A stretch of 37,108 nucleotides of DNA from Sphaeroforma arctica JP610. Taxonomy: Eukaryota. Shown here in pieces: positions 13,435 through 25,893 of this stretch. The stretch is from NCBI RefSeq assembly GCF_001186125.1, contig NW_014040532.1, positions 147,662 through 184,769 of the forward strand, given 5' to 3'. Position 1 is the stretch's first letter. Every line of letters begins with the position of its first letter. The position numbers were made by a program, and so were the translations under genes. A model generated the notes under the pieces. The model saw only the letters and a list, made by a program, of their open reading frames with translations. It was not told the origin of the DNA and did not search any database.

Positions 13435-16289
13435 GGGCCAGCTGTTTAGTGGTCTGTATGTTACACTGTATGACAAATCGTGACCGCACATAGCACCTAT
13501 ACAACGCAGTGCAACATTGCCCGTGCCGCTAGTTATATGTGGGATAGATACATACGACCTATTTTGATTTAGCCTACAGTCTTATCGTGTAAAAGGGCGT
13601 TGGTATGAGCTCGTGACATCCAGTTGTTGAGTGTACGTTCGCTTTCCGTCACTCCGTCCGTTATACCATCTTCTCCATATCAAAGTCACTCGTACGAGTG
13701 GGTGCAGATGCCGAGCCTTTGCCCATGGGACTGCCGCCTCGGCTAAGCTCCTTCGCAGCGAAGTTTATCAATAAATACAAAGAGGTGTTCGTAGTTCTCG
13801 GCTGAAACGAGGTTTGTACCCTTTCCGTGGCATCTGCAGCACGCTCCATCTTTGTAAGCGTTGGGGGTGTGCGGTGCTTCCTTTTGTTGCCATTCGGTGT
13901 AGTTTTCGCCGTTTTACGCCTGTGCCGATTTCCACTGCATGTATCACTCATAGTGGTCGCGTCACTGTGCCTTCATACGAGTGCGTCTGCAGATGATGAG
14001 ATCTTGCCCGCACGGCATGTCCAATTCACAGCGTAGTTGTCGACTCAAACGAGGTTTGTACTGTGTTGGTCACACTGCATCACTCGCCATCGTTGTAAGC
14101 GTTGGGTGTGTGCGGTGCCCTTGTTAAACTCCTGTTCACTCAACGATTAGTATTGATGCCGGTGTCTGCGAACTTGCGCTTATTTAAACAATAGCAGATG
14201 TTTGTGCTCAGTTTTCGGTGCGTTTGATAGCGCCTGTCTTAGTGTTCGTGAGGAGTGCTCATCACTCGTTGGCATGTATGATGAAGTCGTGGATCATTCT
14301 TAGTTTTGATAGGTATGCGCAGCTTCATACGCATTCCATTGGTTGTAGCTAATACGAGGTCATATCCATGTTAGAAAAAGCCCATTCTAAACTACGAACA
14401 CGGTGGCAATTGAACACGACTATCTTTCAGACGAAAGTGTCTGAACCCCCCAGGGCGATGAGAGGGGTGCGATCTGCGAATGTATGGTATGTCTAAACTC
14501 AAGGTACGCAAATTTGTATTCTACTTCCATAGCAACAATGGATTCTTGATTCACATACACCGGTATAGTTGCCGCTTCAGTGGACCGTAGAGACGGGAAT
14601 TTGTTTTAATAATAAAAACCTGAATGTAAATGTTCACTGTACCAACAGAATGATCTAAATAAAATACTGACATCATTACCGAACTACCCTTCGTATGCTG
14701 TTGTGCTTCTGCATACTGTCTAAACTACATTTTCTGAAAACTGTGGCCTGCAACAACTTGTCCCTACGCCGTATCTGCTATTAATTCCATATTACATTTT
14801 TCGTGCAAGCGCCCAATCTAGTTGTAGTAAACGGCCCTTTAATAAAAACCTCAACAAGAATGTGAGATTCTAAGTTGTTCGATGTAGCACATACTCGTCC
14901 AAACAAGTGTTGGCTCGTTGAACAGTGTATGCACCGTGTGCACTCAATCACTGAAGCCATCGAGCTGTCCGTCTTCAATGGTTTATCAATGGGTTAGTTG
15001 TTTCAGATTCAAACGAGAAAACAATCTACTATTGCATCTCTCACAATCTACTCTAGGCTCATTGCACTTTATTTTGTATAGGTAGAATATATAGCATCTT
15101 GTTCTATTTTATCGTGTTTACTCGTGCATTTATGGAGGTGATTTCAGATCAAGATTCAGAAGTCAGCCTTCAGGAGTTCAGGTAGTTTTGCTTAGGCTGT
15201 TTCAGTGTTTTGGCCAGCCCGGCCTTCAGAGTCTCAAACTCTCACACCCTTTGAATTGGAATTTTTTTTGGGGGGGGGGTTTCCAAAAAACAAAATAGAG
15301 GTTCTGCCGACTGCCGGCTGTCCTCTGAAGTCTGAATCTCGTATCACTGATCTCTGATCATATTTAATCCCTTCATTCAATAAATATATTTGTTATTTTT
15401 ATAAAACAACCAATTAGATAAAAGCAATTATCATAGCCTTCTCAATTGAACACAATTATGCACAACGTCGATGTCAGATTGTTTTTTTCATCAAAAATAT
15501 GCTTTTTTTTATTGTTCTTTTTGTATATAAAACACCCCGTGGTATTTCAAAATATCGGGCCTGGTAAACGACAATATCAGTCATCGCGACATGACTTTCA
15601 GTCTTGTTTTTTTTGTCTATTTGTAAATTATTTTTTTTAAACTAATAGTGATACAAATAAGTAAAATACGTACGGAGATCATGTTCAATAACTTACGATT
15701 TTTTAAAATATCCAAAATCGTCAGATGGTTTATGTCGTTTACCCCCTGGCCAGAAAAGTGTATTTATTAGGCAACACATATTTATTCATACATTCATATG
15801 TATGTAAATATGTCATAATTACACATTTTAGCCTTCGTATTATTTTTCTCTCTCCAGTAGAAGGGCTCTCTCCAGCTAGTAGTAGGCAACAGTCAACAAC
15901 CCAACACTGTATATTCATGTATTATCAATAAAAAATATGTAAATATTACATCCGTTTGTATTGTTTATTACAAAAAATTGCACACATTTTTACATCGACA
16001 ACGAACCACGGCATGGGCCCATAGTATGATGAACTCACCCCCGCCAGAGGACACAATCATTCTGAGAGAGAATTCCAGAGGGTCATTGAATCCAGAATCA
16101 ACTGATATCATCGTATTTTTTTAATAAATATTGTTACAGTACATACAATCATACTTACAATAATAAAAGTCACGAAAGAGTGCATACTGCGTACAGAAGA
16201 CAAATACAGCCTTCTAACGCACAAGGTATATTAACTTGAGTATACTACTATTTTACGCACGGTGCAACTGTCCATTTTATGTTCGTTGA

Positions 16290-17806
16290 ATGTCAGTACA
16301 GATCACAAAACGGCCTCGATTAGAGTATGAACATCCACCAATTAAAATCAACTCTGGTGTGAGCATAGAACAAGAGAAGCAATCGAAAGGTAATGCACAG
16401 ATGTCTCTCAACGTGGCATTCGTAGGCGGCAGTAAGGCGGGCTTGCCAGCGGTGAAGGATTGCTGTTCACTGATGATTCAGGTGTGTTTCGATTGGTATT
16501 TACATACAATATGTCGGGCACCGGGTGCTCGCCATCGTCTCTCACTAGTTGTTTAAATTTGACACAAGAGTATTATAATGTGGTTACGTGTAAGGCGCAA
16601 TCATTCATATCCCACAATTCTATCTATGTATGTCTTTCCTCGTGCTCGTGTGATATTGTGCAGCATGTGATCGCCACAGTAAGTCGCCGGCAAGTCAGAG
16701 GCAACTGATTTGCCTTGTGTTTTCACTTGTGTATGTATACCTGTATTTCAGAAACTCATATATTTTTTTCTTCAAATCCAGAGTGTGTGCATGTTCCTTA
16801 TCACTGATTGAGCTCGCACTAGTTCTCGCATGATTGCGTGCGTCTCAGTTATTACACTGTAGTGGATTTTTCCAGGTAAGGCAATTCAATCTTATAGCCT
16901 TTGTTTTGGCGTGCTCCGCGGCAGTGCTGCATCAATTAATTCGCGCAGGTCAATGTTCACGAGCATATGTTGCACTAATCCTATACACGTGATTTCAAAT
17001 GATGAACACGGGTTTTGTAACCTGTGGATATACGATTCGTGCGGAGTCCTATTGCATCGTGTACACGTGGGTGTGCGCTTGTGGATAAATTTCCACTGTG
17101 TAGATTTCGAGTATCTATTTGTGTTAGTTCGTACTTTCATATACCAGCCCAACCCTCACGTATTTACGTGATGTTGTCTATATGTGACAAGTGTTGGCCT
17201 GTCTGTTTAAGTGAACTTAATTTGTGCAAAAGTCCTTCATGCTGTGATTGTACTATGTATGGTGTTGATGGAGGTGGTAGATGGGTATTGATATCAGCCC
17301 CATACCAGTACATCTATCCGGATTTCTATACTTGACATACGCATATTTTTGTAGCATGTCTGGCTATGTCGAAGTTCGATACATTGAATGACCCCACAAA
17401 CTGACCAAACATATATCAATTGGCACTAGTTAGCCAGTATATGGCTAATTAGACTTTGTACACACTTGTACGTATACGTATATTACTGAACTCTCGGGCT
17501 TTTCCTACTCGCATGAACACAGACAGGTGATCATGCCGATTCCGATAGATGGGGTGCGCTGGAGGATATGCCACAGCTAGCTTACGAGCGTATGTGTTAA
17601 TCTTGTCTGACCTACAGATATTGGGTGCGTGTTTATTATAGTTCTGCAACATTCAATGTTGTGGTAGGGCCACTCTTCACCAGGGAGGGTACCTTGTATG
17701 TTCATCCATCTGGTGAATGCGCGTGTTGAGCTGATTGCAGAAACACACACACACATATATATATATTATATATATATATATTTATATATATATATATATA
17801 TGTCAG

Positions 17807-17851
<45 letters not shown>

Positions 17852-20821
17852 GTCTAAATATATACATTATACATATATATATATATATATATATTTCTAT
17901 ATTTCTATATTTCTATATTTCTATATATATATATATGCATGTATGTATATACATATATATATATGTATGTATGTATGTAATGTATGTATGTATGTATGCA
18001 TGTATATATGTAGGTATGTATGTATGTAAATATATGTGTATATATTCTTGTATATATATGGTTTTCCGCTACCAGATTGTTGTGTCTTGGGGTTTTCCAT
18101 GTGGCTTATTAACTGTCGGTAGGTGTTTGTGCCTGTATCCCTACGGACTCATATACCGGGCAATTCTTCTATTCTTGTCTTCAAGTGTTTACAGTATAGT
18201 GCTTGTGAGCCCCTGCACAGGTGTGCGTATATCTTCACATCCAACTACGCATACACAATGATATCAATACATACTAATTGCACTGGTAGATGTAGTGATG
18301 ACATACCACTTCAGTCTTTGTTTGAAACACCACGGACTGCTACACGCACATGACCATACAGACTCAGCGTGATTGTACGGTTAGATGTGCTCACAATATC
18401 TTCGGGCTTGCATATTTGTCCCCAAACACTCATATTGTTTCCTTGCCCTCACATGAGCGTTTGTATAATTCACTCGCATAGACTCATACATCAGCGGCCA
18501 AGGAATATATACCCCACAATACAACAATTTAACTCCTAACCAAGCCTGGATCACGTTATTTTAGAAACATTCGAGTAAGCCATACTCACCATGTCTCTCG
18601 GTTGAACAATCTCAGATGGCCTGTATAACGAACTACCTGATAGTCTGGCTTGTTTGCTGTATATGCATTAGGTTAACCTTTCTCGTCTACCCTGTGTATC
18701 TCCAGGTACCTACCACAGTGCTGGGATAGCAGGCGAGTGCATAGTTGCATGTGGTGGGTACAAACGCTTTCCGGAGAAGATGCTTTGCAAAGCCGAGATG
18801 CTGCGCCCTGGAGACTCTACGTGGTTGCCAATCGCTGACTTGCCAGAGAACGTGTGTCTGTGTCTGTGTGCAGGGACTGTGTGTCTTGGACTTATAGAAA
18901 CTGTGCGTGTGTTTGGCTTTAAATTATCACTTACACTTCCACTTCCACTTCCACTCACATTTACAGTAACATTTAAAACATCCGTCATACTGGCACTTTC
19001 CCTTGCCTTTGAATTTACACTTACACGTTCCATTTACACCACAGCGCTGTGGACATGGCGCGGGACACCTCAACAACCAATACGTCGCCGTCAGTGGTTA
19101 CGGATGCAAAAACTCACTGCAGTACAGTGCCAAGACAGACGAATGGCTCCCGCTACCGGCCCTAAAATCAGAACGGTACCGTGTAGGTGTGGCTAGTGTA
19201 GGTGACCATACGTTGTATGCCATAGGGGGGTGGTGCGCTGAGATAGGGTCCGTACAGAGTACGGCCCTGCTGGACAGCCGGACGGACAGTTGGACGAAGG
19301 TCGCCGCTATGGAGGTGTGTGATGGTGTGTGGGATGTGTGAAACCCACCGCGAAGCGAATGAGTGTGTAGCAACGCCTGCTCCTGTCATGGTAGCATGTG
19401 TGCGCCTGAGCTCGGTTTGGTATGCAGGCGCGTGTGTGTATACATGTATGATCTATGATGTATGTATAGTTTGATTCGACTTGTATCTGTCCGGGAATGT
19501 ATGTGTGAACCCATGGCGATATCCTTTCTCGCCGCGTCAGTGTGTTTGCGCGTGTGCGTATGTGTTCGAGTATTCGCCACATGCACCCATGGACAAACCT
19601 TCTGGGTCGCAAATACCGCTGCTGTCCTGCCGCAAGAACCCGAACGGTTCAACATTGTCGTGAGGGCTTGGATAGTCTTGTTGTTTGGTGGGTTGCCTCG
19701 TATCCGCTTGCACTTTGCTGTCGTTCGCTGATATATTATTGTGCAAGTGGTTCATCTGCTGCTGTACGTCTCTGTGCCTTCTCTGCTTTATCGCGGAAGC
19801 GTATGCTGCGATCACTGCGCACACTCATGACGGCTTCTGATCTGCCACACGTGTGCAAACACCCTTTCAATTTTATTTTTCTTGAAGTCCACAATTTGTC
19901 GTCTTCATTTGGAGTTCACAATGTGTCGATGCATGTAACCACGCTGCCACTCAAACTTTTGTGAAAGGACTTCACAATACAAACCCACTCCAGCCTTGCT
20001 GTCCACCGCTTACCGTTACACATAACAAGTGCAGTACGATTATACTCACATGATCACATGAGAGCGAAAGTATTCACTCACCCAGATACATGATACATGA
20101 TCACGGTTTTGTCCACAGACAGCGAGGCATGGCTTTGCAACCGCATACTGTGATAGGTCGCAGCAAATCTACACCATCGGCGGTGTGCTTGGCACTGGGG
20201 CAACTTCGGATGCGGTGGAGAGATACGATATAAGAGCAGACACATGGGAGACACTCCCCTCATTACCTGAGGGAATCAATGGGGCTCTGGCAGTTAGTAT
20301 ATATAAGTCGGGCGCAACTGGCGCTGATGTTTATGTGTTTGGTATGTCTCGGGATGATTACTTTCTCCATCAGTTCATTTGTTTCGAGTGTGTTGTATTC
20401 GATTGAATTGGTTAGATAAGGTTTAAATGCGCTGACACACACAACATACTCACACACACGTATATATATATCCATATCTATATCTATATATATACCTATA
20501 TGTATGTATAATGTACATGTATGTATATATATATTTATGTATATATACGTACATGTATATGTATGTGTGTATGTATATACATATATATACATATAAATAT
20601 ATATATATCTATATCCATGTATCTGTGTGTCTATGTGTCATTATGTATATGCATATGTAACTATATTTATATCTACTATATCTATATCTATACCTATATC
20701 TACATGTATATCTATCCAGATATACATATATATTTATATATATATCTTCATCTGTGTATTAGCGTATCTATTTACATGCATATATAAGGGTGTGTTAGTA
20801 CGTATATCCATATATATATAT

Positions 20822-20889
<68 letters not shown>

Positions 20890-21344
20890 GTGTGGGTGTA
20901 GAAGTATCTATATCTACATATTTGTCTAGGTTTGCATACATATTTACAGTCTTTGATATAAGGGTCCTATGTGTATTTGTCAAATAATTTATATTCATCC
21001 GCATGTGCATGTGTATGTTTTACCTGTACATTCTCACGCACTCGATATTTCATGTTTATCGAAGACTATAGCGTTTCCAATACACGCGCTTTCAGCCAAT
21101 ACACTCGGACTATTGGTACGTGATTCTCACTTCAGTTTTTACTGAGCATGGTGTAGGTAGTATTCATAGACATTCAAATGTTCCTTGTCTCACTATAACG
21201 CCCACAGGTGGTGCCAAACAAGACAAGACCATAATGGAGGAGGTGCGCGTGTACGACTCAACGACCAATGAGTGGGGCAGTACGAAGGGTCCCGCTGACC
21301 TTGCCGCTTGCAAGAATTCGCAGTTGGTGATCTTAGCCAAGTAG
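16290..21344 (+). CDS. Kelch-repeat (six-bladed beta-propeller) protein without BTB or F-box. Exons 16290-16481, 17523-17589, 18706-18851, 19045-19314, 20119-20341, 21208-21344; 344 aa
   Basis: Six Kelch blades (VAFVGG, IVACGG, VAVSGY, LYAIGG, IYTIGG, VYVFGG), each followed by a W motif such as [18 protein letters not shown] or DTWETLPSL. The GT-AG introns are phase-consistent, giving 1035 nt ending in TAG. The first two exons are less certain than the last four. Confidence 0.85.
17745..18060. repeat. (TA)n/(TATG)n microsatellite in Kelch intron 2
   Basis: Directly visible. Confidence 0.95.
20450..20925. repeat. (TA)n/(TG)n microsatellite in Kelch intron 5
   Basis: Directly visible. Confidence 0.95.
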
Positions 21345-24300
21345 CTGACTGTGTTGAGCCCCCCAAACAGCACAGTGTGTGTACCTCAGAGGAGTGTGTA
21401 CTTTCGTGAGCACCGCAGATGTAGCAATGGTTTATAGCTCGGCTATGAATGCTTCCAGATTGTAGTACGAGGCCATTCCATTGACTTGATCTAGCGCCTC
21501 AACCAGGTCACACGCGTACACAATCTTCAGTTGTGCTCTCCCTTGCTGTTCGGATAATCATCCACTGCACGACCAAAAGGGAGTCGCTAAGCAGATCTCT
21601 GACACACAGATGGTACGCCACAAATTTAGTAATGGTTCATGCCTAAGCAAGTGGACAGGTACATAGAATGCCAGACACGCCACTGCTTCTCGTGCATCGA
21701 ATAAAGAGAACTCGTAGTTGACACTAGCACCCTAGAGACTGCTCAGAGAAGTGTGGCGGTGCAATTAGTACTTGCGTATATATGTATTTAAAATACTATG
21801 TAGCCTCTTAAAAAAAGGACCCGAGTGTGAAGTTGTAACTGTTGGGGGTCTTCGCTACCTGCAGTTCCTTCATCAGCCAGACTTGTCTGGTCACCGAATC
21901 CAGTCAACGACCATTTGGACAGTAGTAACAAAACTTAGAACTACATGTTTTTGTGGACTTTTAGAACAGACAGTAATTCAAATTTCCCCCTTTACTGTGA
22001 CGTATACAATTCAGGAGCTAATTCGCTTTCAGGTCGATAAGAATGTTGGGCGGTGAAACAAAATGCATCAACCACACCAGAAGGACAGTTGAGCTCAGAT
22101 CTGTATTGATGTGTTCCCTTTATTGGTATTGAATAATAGTTGTACAATAGTCACAAGTCCAACAAAGCGTTTACGTTCGAAACCGATTCCCCCTACTTTT
22201 CCCTGTAAACCCCTGAATAGTGGCTTTTGTCTAGTGTTGTGGTTCCTATCAAATTGTAATCATTCATCGATGTGGTTTTGCGTGATAACTCCTCGCATAC
22301 ACTTCAAGAAAAATCTAAACAAGCCAATAATTGAGCACAGGCATGTACTATAAAATATATCATTGCAATCGATATAAAATAAATACAACCGTAGCAATGA
22401 CTCAACATACCCCCAAAGCTTACAAGGATGGTGAGTGACGTCGATGTGACTAACACAGTACAAACCTCGCTTGAGCCGACAACTACGCTGTCATTTCGAT
22501 ATGCTTCACGGTCAAGATCTCGTCATCTGTACACTTGCTTGTTAAATGGACAATTGACGTGATTTTAACGTGGATAATGAATCAAAAGTCGGTGCACCCG
22601 TTGCACTGCTAGACGCAACTAAAGAAGCACCGATACCACCAACGCTTACAAAGATGGAGCATGCTCAATTTTAGTGCAACTGTTTGGAGTTTTTAGACGT
22701 TCTCGATGATGGACCGACTACGACCAAGCGATTACGTGTCAGTTGTGATTTCGACGTTGAAGCTGTCGAAAGCCTTCTATGGCTATATAAACCGAGTCTC
22801 TCCTTCGCGCACGTCCTGATTCCACCGAGGGCTCGTGCCCATTCTGTAACCACGACTGCTCAGCTTTGAGCATCATGTAGTTGTTCCGTACAGACTCTTC
22901 TGGTGTCGTCAACACACCATCATGATCATTGTCGCCCACAGCGTCTACGAGCAATGTCATAAACTGAAGAACTACCCACTTCCATTTGAATTTCGTCCAG
23001 GGATTGTCATATGTCCCTTGTTAGTATCGTCCCCAATATTGGTGGTGACGAACTCAGGGGTGCTCACGCCTGTAATATTTAGCAGCTTTTCGTTCCTGGC
23101 GCACGATTTCACTTTTCTGCAGCACATATTTTGCGTTGGGCCTGAAGTAATGCACCTGGGTGCAGCTCGTTTGCCTCTCTGACTTCAAAATCTGAATGAT
23201 AAACAACATTGGGATCATAAGTCTTTCATATGTTCATAAAACCGTAAGTGCTACTTCATGGACACATCGCTTCTCCTACGCCGCGATCATCGTGAAGGAC
23301 ACGATGACGCCAAAGGGCTACTCTAAATTGATGTCTGATAAGCCACTACATCGCTGTCATGTTTATGCACACAACGGCCGTTTGGACCAGTTATCTCGTC
23401 TTCTTTCAGATATGAACATATTTTTTTGCAGAGGGCATCCTCGCCAACGTTTTGCGTGTATTGTATGTGAGTTGTCAGAAAGTGCTACAGCAAAAAATTA
23501 ACGTGAAAAAAAAAGAAATTGGAACAATTTATACTGTTCGACTTACCTAGTTCTTGCGAAAATGACGCAACAAGCCGAATGAAGTAATTCACAGGCATAG
23601 ATTGCGGCTTTTTCTGTCACTTTATTTGGCTCGCAATCTTCCACGATATACCTATCGGTAGTCCCATCCATCCAGTACATCAGCAGATTAATGACGCGAC
23701 ATGATTTTGTCATCAAAGAACTGTTGGCGTAGCGTTTTTAAGAACAGGTTTCTCGTACAAAATACTAGTTAATGCGGCAATATCCAACTGGTTCAACAAT
23801 TACAAGTTGTACTTCTCCAATCAACCCGACTTTGGTCTTTGGTCATGACTCCGCTCTGCAATATAGATTTGCGTGAGTGAAAGGTAGTACGTGACAAGCA
23901 TACATCCCTCTGCAGTCGTCGGCTGGTCGCCAAATGTTTATCGAGCAGGATGTGGTATCCCAAGAGTGCTGAGACCATGGCAGGACAGACATGCACCCTG
24001 CAGGGGTTGCTATGATTACTATGTTTACAACCCTGGAATAAACAATAGATAGGTATAATAATCATATGAAAGAGTGCGCCCGATTCAAGCGGGAAACAGT
24101 TGCCACACTTTTTAAATCGCCCCTCCATATACCTGATGTTGTACTTGCTTTTGTCTAGAACATGTTCCCAACTTTCATATACACGCACTCGAGCATCCGA
24201 TATTTTTATTGGAAAATATTTATATGGATAATTACCTCGCATGCTACATCCTATGGCTAAATCTTTACTTGACGACTCGACACACTAAATTCCGAATTTA

Positions 24301-24375
24301 ACCGCGCCAATGCCTAGCTTTTACAAATATTAAAATACAAAACAAAATAAAGATGAACGCAAACATCTACATGGT

Positions 24376-25892
24376 TTGCGTGAGAGAAAAAACATGCGCT
24401 TTGGAGGGTTCTATTATGACTTAAACAGACCTTGGGCTCAGCGGCTGCCAACCCACTCGTTCCGCCCACGTCTGACCGCCCAAAGCAATGCTCAAATGTT
24501 CAAAGATATTGCGTACCAACGACGGTCTCCGCGCCAACCCTGCATACCGGGTACCGATGACACAGGCGCTACCCTCGCTGGCTACTTTGAGGCCCTATTC
24601 AACTCTACAAACCCGTACGTGGTTCCACCGGATACCGAACCCTCTCCAGTTGTCACTTCCACCATACGCCCCGACGATGTAATGGAGGCAATACTACGCT
24701 ATCCCAATAAGGGACCTGGCCCCGACGGAATTCACATCCTCCTCCTAAAGGCCGCAGTGGAGTGCTCTACCAAACGCCAGACATTAGGACGCCCCGACGC
24801 CAATATCCCACTGATTAGACTCCTTGCCGAAGCATTCACTGAGCTACAGAAGGCGGGTACCTTCCCCGCAGCCCTGAACTGCATCGCACCCAAAGAACGC
24901 CGATGCAGATATCACCTTCCCCGCCGACTTCCGCCCCATCACGCTTACGCAAATAGTTAGACGCACCTTTGAAAAGTGCTTTCTTATTCTGATTACGAGC
25001 CACCCCGGCTCTGCTACCCATGCTACCCAAGCTAGCTTCAAATCACGGTACTCTTGTCATACCCAAGCACTTGCCGCCATAGAATCTGAGACACAGTCAG
25101 AAGAGGAACATACCGCGGCACGCTCTCGTCTCTATTCCTTAGAACGAATGGCATCCTACAAGGCTCAATCGTCGGCCCCCAGCTCTTTATTATCTATATG
25201 GATTCCTTAGCTGTCACGCTAGCACAATTTCGGCCCAAGATCCTGCGTTCTTATTTATTTATCGATGACACACGGATCCAAGCCCCTCGATCGGTTTCGC
25301 TCCAGCCCTTCTTAGATGACATTGATGCGTGGGGACGCAAAGCTGGCCTCGAACAGGGTGTCATTAAACCCCGAGTACGATCTACCGACTTGCGACACGC
25401 GGCGCCAACCCTCCATATAAATGGTGAGCTTATCACGCCGACGCTTGCAGACGCATCTTGGAACACACGTTACCTCCCCCTGAAACTGGCGCCCACACAT
25501 GCCGAACCGAAACACTCCAAATACCTGGGGTTCCCACTCTCTCACGGAGTACCAGGAATCAACCTCGCTAGACATATGGAATCCCTGGTTGCAGCATTGT
25601 CACTGAGTATCGCCTCTTTCCACGCTTATGGCTTCCATGGCTTCAGCTGGCGACACCCCCGCAACCAACTGGTGATGTTCAAAACATTCATCCTATCCAC
25701 GGCTACATATGGGCTGAACATTATTGCCTGGGCTCCGCCTATATGGAAGGATGCGTTGGACCCCCTATTCGAGCGCTTTAACTCAGCACTCATTCAAGCA
25801 GCAGCCATCATCACGGGCACTAAATACCCTCGGTTTCCCAAACATCAAACAAACTTACTTCGCTTTTGCGGCCTGCTCCCCGCGCGCCCATT
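24376..25892 (+). mobile_element. Non-LTR (LINE-like) retrotransposon reverse-transcriptase fragment, frameshifted and internally deleted
   Basis: Motifs in order across frames: KGPGPDGI, DFRPITLTQIVRRTFEK, QASFK, GILQGSIVGPQLFIIYMDSL, LFIDDT (catalytic), KYLGF. These are non-LTR RT domains. The LDxxKAFD motif is absent. Confidence 0.88.
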
Positions 25893-25893
25893 T

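Noticed and set aside
15140..15360. Possible MITE (cagatcaagattcaga ... tctgaatctc...tgatct)
   Set aside because: The inverted match is short and imperfect, with no TSD and no second copy in the window.
21400..24300. Short ORFs and a weak internal duplication (gcttacaa(g/a)gatgg at ~22418 and ~22644)
   Set aside because: No domain motif or consistent splice model. The region is left unannotated and may hide a diverged gene or TE.
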